Shown in pieces: positions 33,777 to 45,756 of a stretch of 64,000 nt of DNA. The DNA is taken from contig CAWHXP010000013.1 in assembly GCA_963833425.1 (NCBI GenBank), forward strand, positions 160,001-224,000, written 5' to 3'. Within the stretch, counting starts at the first letter, position 1. Each line of letters begins with the position of its first letter. The notes under the pieces are model-generated. The model ran no database searches, was not told where the DNA came from, and saw only the letters and a program-made list of their open reading frames with translations. The translations under genes were made by a program, and so were the position numbers. Origin of the DNA: an uncultured Methanosarcinaceae archaeon (GTDB taxonomy: Archaea > Halobacteriota > Methanosarcinia > Methanosarcinales > Methanosarcinaceae).

Positions 33777-35600
33777 TTAGAAGTTAAAAGGCTTGCCTGC
33801 AGATTCGAAACTCTTATCCCTATAAATAAGTCCAAAGATTATATTTTCTATTCCTTTTATTGGAGACCTTACCTGCCGCATTGAGTCTCTATCTCTTATT
33901 GTAACAGTTCCGTCTTCAAGGGTATCATAATCCACAGTAATGGAATAAGGAGTTCCGATTTCGTCGTTTCTTCTGTAGCGGCGTCCGATGGTCCCGGAGT
34001 CGTCATAGTTGACAAGAAGGGCATTCTTCTTGAGTTTTGCAACTATCTCCTTTGCAGGATCTGAAAGCTCTTTACGAGTCAAAAGTGGGAAAACTGCAAC
34101 CTGCACAGGAGATACTACACCTGAGAAATGCATAACAAGGCGATTGTCCTCCTCTAACTCGGCATCTTTATCATCTTTTACATATTCATATTCTTTTCCA
34201 ACTTCTTCTTTGCCTTTAATCCCAAATTCTGCTACCTTCTTAGCAATATTTTCTTCATCAAAAGCGTGTTCTATGACACCATAGAATATTCTGTCAATAC
34301 CATAAGAAGGTTCAATTACATGCGGAATAAAGCTTTCTCCACTCACTTTTAAGCTCTCTTCCGCAAAGCTCACCATATCAGAATTGACTGTCAATTCTTC
34401 TCCACCCACAGTGACTTTGATCTTACTTTTTGAGAGTTCTTTTTCTGAAAGCTGCGTTAAGGCGTCGGCGACAGCTCTTGCTTTGTCCTTAAAAACAGGT
34501 CCTAGCTTAGACATATTTGGTTTTACAGCAAAGCGATTTATCATCCGAGGCTCGTTATATTCCATGTAAACATAAAGATCGGTATTACTGACTCTTGAAT
34601 GGGCTTTGAGGTCATAGTCCGTTCTGTCTGCGATTCCCACTATTTCAACCCAACCAAAGCGTTCTGTTTCAATCTCAGCATCCCAACAATCTATTGCATA
34701 ATGCGCCATTTCATCCTTAAGGTGCTGTCTGAATCTGAGTTTTGCAGGGTTGATCCCTACTTTTTTTAGGAACTCTTGTGTGAGTGCGATATTGTAACCC
34801 AGTATCTCGTGAGCAATGACCTTAGCATTCACAGCTTCTCTGACAGTCATCCTGAATGATTCTCCCTTCTCCTGAGCCTCCTGCGAATAAAGTACAAGTT
34901 CTTTGTCTGCAAAAAGTTCGAAGTTAGGATGTTTTTTGTTCCTTGGATCAACGAAAATTTCGCATTCTGCTTGTGTGAACTCCCTTAGCCGTATAATGCC
35001 TTGCCTGGGTGCAATTTCGTTTCTATAGGATTTACCTATCTGCACTGCTCCAAAAGGCAACTTACCTCTATAAAATCTGGAAAGCCTCTGGAAATCAACG
35101 AACATACCCTGGGCCGTCTCTGGTCTTAGATACCCCTGCTTTCCAGTGCCAGGCCCGATTGTGGTCTTGAACATCAGGTTAAATTCATAGGCGTCTCCTA
35201 ACTCCCCACCACACTCGAGACATCTGAGTTCATGTTCTTTTATAATCTTGGTAAGCTCTTCTGCATTCAAAGTTCCTGCCACGTTAATTACGTTTTCTAC
35301 AAGGTGATCAGCCCTAAATGCCTCTTTGCAGTTCACGCACTCGCACAGAGGGTCAGAAAAGCTTCCAATATGCCCGGATGCGATAAAGACTTCTTCGATG
35401 CCAATAGTCGGACATTCGATTTCCATAAACCCTTCTTGGATTATATAAAATTCTCTCCATATCTGTTCAATCCGCCTCTTTAGTGTGCTCCCAAGAGGCC
35501 CATAATCATAAAATCCGCGACTTCCGCCATACAGTTCAAAGGAGTTCCACAAAAACCCCCGGCGTTTAGCCAATTCGAATACCTTCTCGTACTTGTCCAT
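33777..35600 (-). CDS. glyS: Glycyl-tRNA synthetase (alpha2 type)
   Basis: LRPETAQG, RNEIAPR, LREFTQAE and EPSYGIDR. Confidence 0.95.
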   Translation of the reverse strand: MDKYEKVFELAKRRGFLWNSFELYGGSRGFYDYGPLGSTLKRRIEQIWREFYIIQEGFMEIECPTIGIEEVFIASGHIGSFSDPLCECVNCKEAFRADHLVENVINVAGTLNAEELTKIIKEHELRCLECGGELGDAYEFNLMFKTTIGPGTGKQGYLRPETAQGMFVDFQRLSRFYRGKLPFGAVQIGKSYRNEIAPRQGIIRLREFTQAECEIFVDPRNKKHPNFELFADKELVLYSQEAQEKGESFRMTVREAVNAKVIAHEILGYNIALTQEFLKKVGINPAKLRFRQHLKDEMAHYAIDCWDAEIETERFGWVEIVGIADRTDYDLKAHSRVSNTDLYVYMEYNEPRMINRFAVKPNMSKLGPVFKDKARAVADALTQLSEKELSKSKIKVTVGGEELTVNSDMVSFAEESLKVSGESFIPHVIEPSYGIDRIFYGVIEHAFDEENIAKKVAEFGIKGKEEVGKEYEYVKDDKDAELEEDNRLVMHFSGVVSPVQVAVFPLLTRKELSDPAKEIVAKLKKNALLVNYDDSGTIGRRYRRNDEIGTPYSITVDYDTLEDGTVTIRDRDSMRQVRSPIKGIENIIFGLIYRDKSFESAGKPFNF

Positions 35601-35642
35601 TTAAGAAATCCTCGTGAAATTGATTGGGGATATCGAATAATT

Positions 35643-35729
35643 GAAGATTTTGATAAACCTCTGTTTTCAAGAACCAGGATATTTTATTCATAAGAATATG
35701 ATGATATTTAGGGGTTTATCAAAATCCTT
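35643..35729. mobile_element. IS5-derived MITE (87 bp) with AATT target duplication
   Basis: IRs GAAGATTTTGATAAAC / GTTTATCAAAATCCTT (14/16 match), with AATT on both flanks. Confidence 0.75.
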
Positions 35730-38171
35730 AATTGTAAATTATTGATTTGTTTAGAGTTATTAGATAGATGAAGGGAACCATTATATTAAATCTGTACTTC
35801 TCTGAGAAGTAGTTCCTAATTCTGTCGGTTACAAAACCATCTTTACAAATCAAAAAAATATCAAAAAATTATTCAAAATAATGAAGTCGTTGATTGTGAC
35901 AAAGAAGAATGACTACATTTCTAGTGCTGACATAGCCAGTTTGCTGTCTGCATCTTCTGAATTATGTAGTACCATTAATATAATAACTTTTCCTGATGAA
36001 CTTAACTATAATTATAAATAAGTATTTAATGTTTCTTATTATGTTGCAACATTTTCTGCAAATTCTCCTGAATCTGAAGGCAATGATCTTAGATCAAAAA
36101 TAACAAAAAAAGAATTTTTTCAGATTAGCCTAATTTAAGTTATATAAATCTCGATTATATTGAAAACATTTTTTTTTCATTTAGCAAAATGAATTGTAAA
36201 GTTTTTAAGATGATTGATCTCAAAACTAAGATTTCAGACAAAATTGTTGATTTTCATGAGATTCAATATTATGATAGCGGAGGTGCTCAACGTAAAAGTG
36301 GGTTAAAATATAAGAATATAAAATAATATAAATTGTGAAAATAATTATAATTGTATCTCGATATAATTTGGAACTCAAAGCTAACGCTTGATGCTATTAG
36401 CAGCAATGAGTTAAGCAAGGAATATTGATTCTTTGTCAGTAAAGTATTGTTCACTTTGTGCTTTACTCCTTCTTGAATCTACATCACCTGCGTTTTTTTT
36501 CAACAACTGGAAATATATATGACAATTTGATTACTTTGCAAAAATCAAAATATGTCTATAAAATAAACTCTCTATTGGTGCAAATAACTTTAATTTTAAA
36601 GTTCAAGTTTTCAATAATGTGGATAAAATGATGTATTCATCCTTTCATTTCATCCATTTTGGTAAGAATAACAGATATTTTAGGCCTTTAGTTTTTGTTA
36701 TTGACGTGAAGGAAGATGTTTTAGTAAAAAAAATTGTAGATTTCGCTTCATTCGATTGGATGAATACTTTCATAATTATTTTTTTAGGTTGTAATGTGGG
36801 AATTTTCAAAATGCGACATTTTTATACTTTTGCAAGATAAAGTGAACAGAATTCCTGATGGCTGTATACTCACATAGGTACAAAAATATCTTTATTTATA
36901 AGTGAACTTTTTATTTGAACATACTTAGTTTTTGAGAGGTTAATAATACAACACCAATATTTTTGATTTTGTTCCAATTTTAGGATTATTCCAGATTTAG
37001 ATGATAATCCGAACATATTGAAGCATTTATACTATATATAATGGAATCTTAAGACCTTTTTTAGGGAGAAGTAAAAATTGTAAAATGATATAATTAGGGC
37101 GCTGATACTCAAAGGGATGGCTAAGCTCTTGAAATCATTGATTACTAGTTAGTAGAGTACTGTGATTTGAGAATCATTTTTCTAGAGTATATAGTTTGGT
37201 ATATCTGGCTCTGCAAATTACAGCTGAGCGTTCTACGACAAGTAAGTGTTATATCAGATACTATGGTATATCAAGCCTTCACGATTCCTGTAAAATAAAT
37301 GAAAAGACACCAAGGCTTAAATGCTGCATCTGGGAGAGCTTCTTGTTCCTCTTAATTATGGTATGTGAGCAAAAAAGCGAAAATTTCTAAATAAGAACTT
37401 TTGGGTCGAAATGACTTTTGTGATGGAATATTGTATGTTGATGAGAATTTGATCAACAGAGGACAGTAAAAAAGTTTGAGACTTTGATAGAAAGATAGAT
37501 GATTTATGAAGTAGCGGATTCTGTACATTTTTCATCAAATTTAATTAATATTCCAATAAATTTGAGCTGTATCTTGGTTGGTTTGTATCTCTAGTTGCTG
37601 TTATCTATAAATTTTGTTTACTTTCAAAACAAGATATCCAGTTTTTGATTTTTTTATAACTCTAATCTCAGAAAAGCTTTCCATGAATAATCAAATGTTA
37701 AGATGGACCTCTTTTTAGGAGCTCTATGGTTATACAAAACGAGCTAAGTTAAAAATTGTTAGCATAGGTTATTATTTTTACCTACTATCTATTAGGCATC
37801 CTAGTTTTACATACAAAGTATCAAGTATGTCTAATTTGGATTTAATTACACTTTTTTTAGCTTTATTGTATATATTAAAGAATGTGTTTACTTATTTAAT
37901 AAAACATATTAATATTAAGAATCAAATATTCTACCTATTTCATATTATTTGTCAATATATTTGTATTTGTACTTTATAGCAATCAAATGTGCTTTACCAT
38001 GAACAAAAATAAAGAACGACATGATTCCTAACGATAGGCGCTATGAAGGAATAATTATTGGAGGTTGATCGAAGTTTTGTTTAAAAACCAAAAGCAATAA
38101 AGCCTTTAAAGATTCATATTATCTGACATATAAAAATCATATAAAAAATAAATCAGTTGGAGGTAAATATA

Positions 38172-38258
38172 ATGTTTGGATGGGACGACTATCAAATTAT
38201 AAACCTTTGGGGGGCGCCTGCTCGTTGGGGTTATATCCCCTGGGGTAGTTACGCATAA
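38172..38258 (+). CDS. Putative 28-aa Trp/Gly-rich small protein
   Basis: GGAGGT RBS at 38159-38164, then ATG. Translates MFGWDDYQIINLWGAPARWGYIPWGSYA. Locally GC-richer than its surroundings. Confidence 0.4.
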   Translation: MFGWDDYQIINLWGAPARWGYIPWGSYA

Positions 38259-38679
38259 TTTAGCTTGTTTCCAAATATAAATTTTGCTGATATAACTAAT
38301 TCGCCAATGCCGTCCATGAAGCAGCAAAATTATCTGAAATAAAACAGTATCAGAGCAATTTTCTCAAATGATAAAGTGTCATAGCCATCTTTTCACGACA
38401 TCGAGAAGAAAATCCTGATAGACTGCCTTGAATTGATGACTATGAATTTAAAATTTTCTAATCCCCTCTAATATAATCATATCATGGGCTCTCTTGGAAT
38501 TAATAAATTTGTAAGCTTGAGAGGATTCAGAGGAACCGATATAAATTTGTATAACTGACAACCTAAATTTTTAGCATTAATTTACTCATTAAAATTGCTA
38601 CTAATTTTAGCTTTAAAGAATAATATAATTTTTTTCAGTCAATTGAGGACAAATTTGATGAAATTAATTTATTTCATTC

Positions 38680-39262
38680 GGATACCAAACAGCTTGCTGC
38701 GGGGATGGAAACTTCCCAGGTGCCCGTTGTTAAATAATTGATTTATATTCTGAATTACTTTTGTTGTAAATGGAATTAAGTTGTGCAAATCATTATGTCT
38801 CTAAGATTAGATATCACATGGTTTTTTTTTTGTATTATAATACTATAAAAATATTTTAAATTATAATGCAGTTAATTTTTAAAAACGTATGCTTGAGGTT
38901 AGTGAAAGATACTCTTTTAAATTTGCTGTGATTTGTTGCGATGGTGATCAAGTACATCTTTTTATTGGGGTTGAGCCAAAGTATTCTCCTTCAAGAGTGA
39001 TGCGGATTATTTAAAGCATAACAGACACAAAAATCTTCAAAAAATACCTTAAAATTGAAAAACAGCTTTGCTGGGAGATCTATAGAGTGAGGGAGATCTA
39101 TGGAACAGTTGGAGAAGGAAATACTTCCGATATTATTACAAATTATGTTTAGAATCAGGGAGATCAGAAAGCATATAAGCAAATGAAAAAAATTGACTTT
39201 CAGTGGTAAACGATATCCTGAACGCTATCATGAACATATCCCATTGCCTGCAGCAGGGTGCA
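38680..39262 (+). mobile_element. tnpA: Degenerate IS200/IS605 element (tnpA pseudogene, ~38770-39200)
   Basis: MELSCANHYVSKIRYHMVF, DGDQVHLF (HUH altered), PKYSPSRVMRII* and IITNYV*NQG. CTGC(A/G)G-containing end motifs on both sides. Confidence 0.75.
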
Positions 39263-39290
39263 TCAGCGCAATTTCGATTGAAAACGAGAA

Positions 39291-40445
39291 TCAAACTGAT
39301 CGTATTAATTCGATGTAACTGTTCACAATTTTATCCCATTTTTGGTCTGGAGCTTCATAATGCTCCTCAGTACCTACTCGGCTGAGGATAGCCTCTTTAA
39401 GAGAACCAATTTCACCCGGAGAAACAAAGAAAGTTCCTTTATAATTCGCCATTGATTCCTTCAAACCTCCAACTTCAGAAACCACAATAGGTTTTCCAAA
39501 AGACATTGCAATATGAGCAATTCCACTCTGTGAAGCCCTAAGATAGGGTAGGACTACCACATTCGAAGCGCTGAAATACAGGTTTACTTTCTCATCAGGA
39601 ATATACTCGTCTACCAAAGTAATTTTATCATGGAGTGGAGAAACCTTGATACGATTAAGCAGTTCTTTGCGATCCTCCCAAATCTCCCCGACAATTAACA
39701 GCCTGCTTTTCTCGAGAATTTTTGAAGGAAGCTGTTCAAAAGCATTGATCAGGTTGAATATTCCCTTATACTTTCTGATTAAACCGAAGAACAGAATGAC
39801 AAACTCTTCGTTTATCGAAAGTTTTTCCCTTGCATCCTTAATATCAAGTAATTCCCCGTACTGGTCATAAAGACCGTGCAGGATCACATGGATTTTTTCA
39901 GGGGCGATGGAATATCTTTTGGCAACAAGTTGTTTATCAGATTCGGAATGAGTAATATATGCATCAAGGTTTTTGCGGAGCAATTTACCCGTTATTTTAG
40001 AATACAAACGAATTGGGAGTAGGGATTCCTCAAACGGGTCCACAACTTCGTGAAACTCGATTATTATTTTTGGTTTATGTAAATAACTTGCAAAGAGTTT
40101 TAATAGAAGATGCATATGCGCAACCGAAGAGGTCCACCATTGTAATATTATGACGTCAGGCTTTTGGTTTTTAAGAAAGATGCATGCCTGGATCCAAGTA
40201 AGGGGGTTATTATAGTCCATTCCATCAAAAGTTGAAATATCCGGTGAAAAGTTCATTTCGGAAATAGTTTTTCCAACATGGGATTTTCCAGGAAAAAGGA
40301 AGGTAGGAAGAAGTTGACGAAAGCAAATTACAGAGACATTTTTTTCTGATGAAAGGGCATTTGCCAGGCGGATAGTATAATAACTGACACCACTTAAAAA
40401 AAATTTTGAAGGTCCGGCTATGCATATGGTTTTGTGGGATGCCAT
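39291..40445 (-). CDS. Glycosyltransferase family 4
   Basis: FFGLIRKYKG and LPYLRASQSGIAHIAMSFGKPIVVSEVGGL. Confidence 0.88.
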   Translation of the reverse strand: MASHKTICIAGPSKFFLSGVSYYTIRLANALSSEKNVSVICFRQLLPTFLFPGKSHVGKTISEMNFSPDISTFDGMDYNNPLTWIQACIFLKNQKPDVIILQWWTSSVAHMHLLLKLFASYLHKPKIIIEFHEVVDPFEESLLPIRLYSKITGKLLRKNLDAYITHSESDKQLVAKRYSIAPEKIHVILHGLYDQYGELLDIKDAREKLSINEEFVILFFGLIRKYKGIFNLINAFEQLPSKILEKSRLLIVGEIWEDRKELLNRIKVSPLHDKITLVDEYIPDEKVNLYFSASNVVVLPYLRASQSGIAHIAMSFGKPIVVSEVGGLKESMANYKGTFFVSPGEIGSLKEAILSRVGTEEHYEAPDQKWDKIVNSYIELIRSV

Positions 40446-41114
40446 TTACTTTAGCTATAACATTCTCCTTATATTTAAGTAAATCCATAATCTTCTAAAT
40501 AGGGGAATGAATTTTGAAGACAGAAGAATGTTAGGTTTCAACCTCTGAGGAATCGCTGGATAAAGTTGATATTCTTGTGCGGGCTTTGACTACATTAGAT
40601 TTAAAGCCTTATGAAAAATGAGCTTCTTGAGTCGGCGAAGACTCTTCTTTTGCATCTTCACTAAGAGACAATGTTTGGTCTCAGATAGATTTTGGTCCAA
40701 AGCTAAAAGTTCATTCTCAAGAAAAAAATTTAGGAAATTTTTCCAAATGAAGAAATAAAGATCTAATACTATTTGGAACAACTAAAAAAAGGCCTGATAT
40801 TAAAATGTGATTTTTGTGGTGTAATAGATGATTTAAAAGATTTAAGCTCTTTAACTTAAATAAAGTGATAAATAAATCAAAATCTCGCTGGTGCACCCAG
40901 CAGCAAGACACAGGGTAATTGTATGAAATAAAACAAACTTAAAATCATATTATAATAATGGATCATCTATAACTGATCATGTATGCTTAATATATAACGG
41001 CCCATATAAAATTGCACTTGGAATAAATGATAAAAGCCTGAAGTATTTTTTATAAAAAATTTAAAAAATTAAAACTTTACTTATGAAGCAAACAATTATA
41101 TGAATCTTAATATT

Positions 41115-42434
41115 TTATCGCCTTTTAAATTCCCTGCATTTTTGCACGAATTTTTCTACCGGGAAACTGGCAGGATGAGTATGCATATACCCTGCAAGAG
41201 TATTGTGCTCTATGAGTCCGTCAAAACCGTCATTTATACCTTTTCCTCGGAGCATCTTGTATGCAAATCTTGCATCACGATCACATTCTGTTAGCGAGTA
41301 ATGAAATTCGTGACCTCTTATATTATGCGGACAGAAGTTTTTGTTAAGGGGGAGAGCTTCAGTATAGCCTAAAGCCTGAAGCTTGTTCGTCATTCGTGTA
41401 TTTGCAGGTACGACATCAGCTAGTTTATACTTCCTATCATCTATATCATAAGTCTTACATAGGTATAGCAGGCCTCCGCATTCCGCATAGATGGGTAAGC
41501 CATCAGATGCAAGACTTTTGAGTTTATGAGTGGTCTCTGAACTTTCAAGTATTTCTGCATAAAGTTCAGGATAACCACCTCCGAGGTAAATCCCATCCAC
41601 ATCTGGGACTTCTCCTGCCATTGGGCTAAAAAATATAACCTCAGCTCCACAATATCTGAAGGCATCGACCATATCCTGATAGTAAAAACAAAAAGCTGGA
41701 TCCCTGGCAATTCCTACCTTGAGCTCAATCTCTGGTCTAGGTAGATCGGTAATTTCCGGAATGTAAAAGGGTTCAGCAAGTTCAAGCACTGCATCGAGAT
41801 CAACATTATTCTCAATAAATGTTGCCATTTCTTTAGTGTTGTAGTCCTTTTCGTGGGCCATATATAGCCCAAGGTGCCGTGAGGGAACCTCAATGTCTTT
41901 CTTTCGTGGGATCATTCCAACAATCGGAATGTTGTCAAGAAGTGAATTTTTTAAGAGTTCCACATGGCGTAAACTTCCTACTTGATTCAGGATAATGCCT
42001 ACAATCCTTACTTCGGGATCGAACTCTGAATAACCTTTCAGCAAGGCTGCGACGCTCCTGGACATACCATGGACATTTATTACCAGAATTACAGGCAAGT
42101 TCAGGGCTTTTGCAACGTGTGCCGAACTAGCAATTTCTGTAGAATCTATCCCGTCAAAAAGCCCCATTGCACCCTCTACTACCACTATATCTGCATTTGC
42201 AGCCGTTCTAGCCACGATCTGCCCAACGCCATATGTACCCATCAGATATGTATCCAGATTTCTGGAAAGACGCCCACAGATTAAAGTGTGATGAGAAGGA
42301 TCAATATAATCAGGTCCTACCTTGTACGGCTGGACTTTTAGCCCTCTGTGCTTGAGGGCCGCCATTATGCCCATAGAAGTTGTCGTTTTTCCAACTCCGC
42401 TGTGGGTTCCTGCAATAAGTATTCCTTTTGTCAT
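41115..42434 (-). CDS. cbiA: Cobyrinate a,c-diamide synthase
   Basis: AGTHSGVGKT, KVGPDYID, EGAMGLFD, GGGYPE, ECGG and GHEFHYS. Confidence 0.85.
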   Translation of the reverse strand: MTKGILIAGTHSGVGKTTTSMGIMAALKHRGLKVQPYKVGPDYIDPSHHTLICGRLSRNLDTYLMGTYGVGQIVARTAANADIVVVEGAMGLFDGIDSTEIASSAHVAKALNLPVILVINVHGMSRSVAALLKGYSEFDPEVRIVGIILNQVGSLRHVELLKNSLLDNIPIVGMIPRKKDIEVPSRHLGLYMAHEKDYNTKEMATFIENNVDLDAVLELAEPFYIPEITDLPRPEIELKVGIARDPAFCFYYQDMVDAFRYCGAEVIFFSPMAGEVPDVDGIYLGGGYPELYAEILESSETTHKLKSLASDGLPIYAECGGLLYLCKTYDIDDRKYKLADVVPANTRMTNKLQALGYTEALPLNKNFCPHNIRGHEFHYSLTECDRDARFAYKMLRGKGINDGFDGLIEHNTLAGYMHTHPASFPVEKFVQKCREFKRR

Positions 42435-42644
42435 CTACTTGATATTGTTGCCGTTAAAATATATTAAAGCTATTAGTTCAGTTGTCGCGAGTGGTTTGTA
42501 GCGATTTCCAATACCTAAATCCAAATTTCAGCTGTGTACCACACTACAAGCAACTTGGTGCGCCATTTTGTGGATATAACGAGATTATTCAAGATCAAAT
42601 ACTTCATTTGCTTATTATGCTTCGCCAATGGTAATGGCCTTAAT

Positions 42645-43480
42645 GGTTCCATTGTAAAAAATTATGGGAGAGATCACTGAAATAAGTAAAAATTTAGGAG
42701 TATATATTATGCCAGTAAATTCCTTTAAATGGAAGCATTACGAAGGAGAAATTATCCTATTAAATGTGAGATGGTACTTAAAATATGCATTAAGCTATAG
42801 AAATTTAAAGGAAATGATGGCAGAAAGGAGAATAAAAGTCGACCATACGACAATCATGAGACGGGTACATCGATATTCACCTGAAATAGAAAAGAAGATA
42901 AGAAAGCACTTAAGACCAACGAACGATTCATGGAAAGTTGATGAAACTTATATCAAAGTAAAAGGTGAATGGAAATATATTTACAGAGCAGTCTACTCAG
43001 ATGGAAACACAATCGATTTCATACTAAGTGCAAAACGAAATAGAAAAGCTGCAAAGATATTCCTTAAGAAAGCACTGAGTTTAAAATCACAATCAAATGC
43101 CAAGAGCAATAAAAGTTGATAAGAATCCAGCTTATCCTATTGCCAACATGAACTGAAAAATGAAAAGAAGTTGTCTAAAAGTGTTGAAATTAGACAAGTA
43201 AAATATTTGAATAACATTGTAGAACAAAATCATAGGTCTATCAAGCTGATAATTGTTCCAATGCTAAGCTTTCAGCCTTTTCGATATGCAAGTGAAATTT
43301 TAAAAGGAATTGAAGCTTTGAATATGGTTAAAAAAAGACTAATCAACAATCTAAATTATTCTGGTCTTAATGAAGCTAAATATACCAATCAATTATTTGG
43401 AATAGTTCTGTAATATTGATACATTTTTCTCGAATATTTTGACTTTTGTTCATCATCCATATATTTACGTGCTTATTTTT
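42645..43480 (+). mobile_element. Diverged IS6 copy with frameshifted transposase; right end not recognisable
   Basis: Left IR GGTTCCATTGTAAAAA. ORFs 42664-43119 and 43171-43413 are homologous to 8656-9360. Confidence 0.85.
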
Positions 43481-44226
43481 CTATCTGATTTTTCAGCATA
43501 GTTTTTAATTGCACCGAAGTTGTAACATCACTCACAGTTCCAATGTAATTTCCCTCACTCCCTGGTTCTCTACATCATTTTTTTTCAATATACAATATTC
43601 TACAAAGATTTTCCTGGCTGTGGTATTTTTTTTATAATTTAAATCACTTTTTGGGAGAATATTTTGGTTCAGCAACAATGAAAAGATTACTTAATAACCA
43701 GTGTGATTGTATAAAAACGCAATAGATCCTCATTTGATATATAATCTGAAGTCCTGTAGCAGTATGAGAGCTTTACGAAAAGGACAAAATAAGAACTTGA
43801 AGATAAGTGGGATCTGTGAGTTTACTTAGGCATTATAACATAGAGCACTAACTAACCATTTTGAGCCATTTTCACAAAATCCTCTTCTGTTTTAAGCCCT
43901 ATAGCGTCTGTATATCCATTAAAGATATCCGTTATACTTAATTACGCAAAAATTTATAAATCAAAATGAGTTTATTTTTAAAAATACTTGTTGAAGGCTT
44001 CAAAAACTTCATATCCAATTTACTGCCAAATGTAATTGAAGGCGAGAAGGTGCATAAATGTGCCGGCACCAATATTTTCGGTTATGATGCCAACAGAATA
44101 CTAAAATATTAACATTATATTTTGATTTGACGAATAAGAAAGGGTTAAAGATTTAATCTGCCGTTTATCATTGGACTATTAATTATTAAACCGGATTATA
44201 CGCATAATGATTCTACTGAGCCATAT

Positions 44227-44880
44227 TCATTGCTTATCCTTAAGAATTGCTTTGATTTCCTTCAATTCTTTTAATATCTCAGTTAGTATAAGATTGTTTG
44301 AAGCTTCAGAAGCCTTCCTTGTTCTCTTTTTTACAGAAAAAGGAGAGGATCGCACTAATTCTGGAGCATCATGAACTTCTGGGGCTATAACAATTTTTAG
44401 AGCATCAATCCATCCATCAGAAACTGAAGTTTCGGGCTCTTCGAGTGCACATTCACTATTTAATGCAGAAATTACAGACTCGGGTATCCAATACTCAGTA
44501 AATAGACTATTCCCATATTCGTCAATTGATTCGAGTAGCGGTAAGTGAGAAGAGTCGCCTTTCCATTCATACTCAACCTTTAGCTTGTCAGGAAAGCGAT
44601 TTTCTAGTCCGTTGACTACAACATCAATCGCTACCCTACATCTCTTATCTATATTGACATACTCATTTAAAGCAGGTAATGAAAGAGCCCTAAAGAATGC
44701 ATCCTTTATGTCGTTTCTAGTGTAGCCTGATATGCTAACACATGCACTAACTAACTCTATTACTTCATCTTGAGGCATTACCTTTGCTAATTCAGGGTTA
44801 ATCTCCAATAATGGAAATTTAGCTTTTATTTCTTCTAAAAAGGATTTTTGTGTGTTTTCTGAATTGCTCATATAGATCAC
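44227..44880 (-). CDS. Hypothetical protein (217 aa) with C-terminal coiled coil
   Basis: Long open frame in AT-rich, otherwise stop-rich DNA. GGTGA RBS-like motif upstream. No family recognised. Confidence 0.65.
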   Translation of the reverse strand: MIYMSNSENTQKSFLEEIKAKFPLLEINPELAKVMPQDEVIELVSACVSISGYTRNDIKDAFFRALSLPALNEYVNIDKRCRVAIDVVVNGLENRFPDKLKVEYEWKGDSSHLPLLESIDEYGNSLFTEYWIPESVISALNSECALEEPETSVSDGWIDALKIVIAPEVHDAPELVRSSPFSVKKRTRKASEASNNLILTEILKELKEIKAILKDKQ

Positions 44881-45756
44881 CTTCCGATCAGAATGTTTAA
44901 AATGTCGATGATCGAAAAGATGTATATTTCTTGTGATATATTATTATAAGTCTCATATCATTTTTTTAATTTCCTTATTCTAAATTATCCATTTTCTTAT
45001 TACTTTCCGCTACAATAAATAGATGGTCGTAACTATTATTGCATTTCGGAAATGAGAAAATAACTCTTGAAGATAATATTCAATTATTTAATACTTAAGA
45101 ATGGATTCGTAACCTGTTCAAACATTTTTAGTCGCATAAAGGAATCAGATGTGTATCACTCGAGCAACGAAGAATCTTTCAAATGATTGAAAAATTTTCC
45201 GAAGCAAAAGAGATGTTTATATAGCCTTTGCATAAGTGGTGAATGCCAAACGATGAGAATTACGCATTTTTATTTACTAGACATACAGATTCTGAACCTA
45301 TTCTAAAAATTTTGTTTCTTCTGTAACTCATACAATAACTATATGCACAACGGAATGGATACTCGGATATTATAGTTACTATAACTTTTACAAACATAAT
45401 TGTTCTACTTTTCGGACATATTCTTAATTACTGCAACAATTAACCGTATTATGCTGTACTAAATAGGATGGAGACAAACAACTAAATCTTTTCATATATT
45501 TTTAAAGTTATTTGTAGTCATGGATTTACTATGAAGAGCATAGAAGGTTTTGATGGACTCAATGGTCTCGATGTTAGTTGCCCTCTAACTAAGGAATACA
45601 TGACGTTGATACAAAGAATTACTGGCTCGCCAGATAATAAAGGTTGGTAAGGATACCGAACGTTTAGAATTGAAGCTGGGTGTTTTTATAACACTTAATC
45701 TTTCTCAAATATCTCCTATTGATCATGAATTAAAGTATGCTATTGAGTATAATTCG

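Noticed and set aside
41115..42434. cfbB (F430 biosynthesis amidase)
   Set aside because: No cfbA/C/D/E neighbours, and the AGTHSGVGKT N-terminus fits the cobalamin CbiA paralog better; a phylogeny would settle it.
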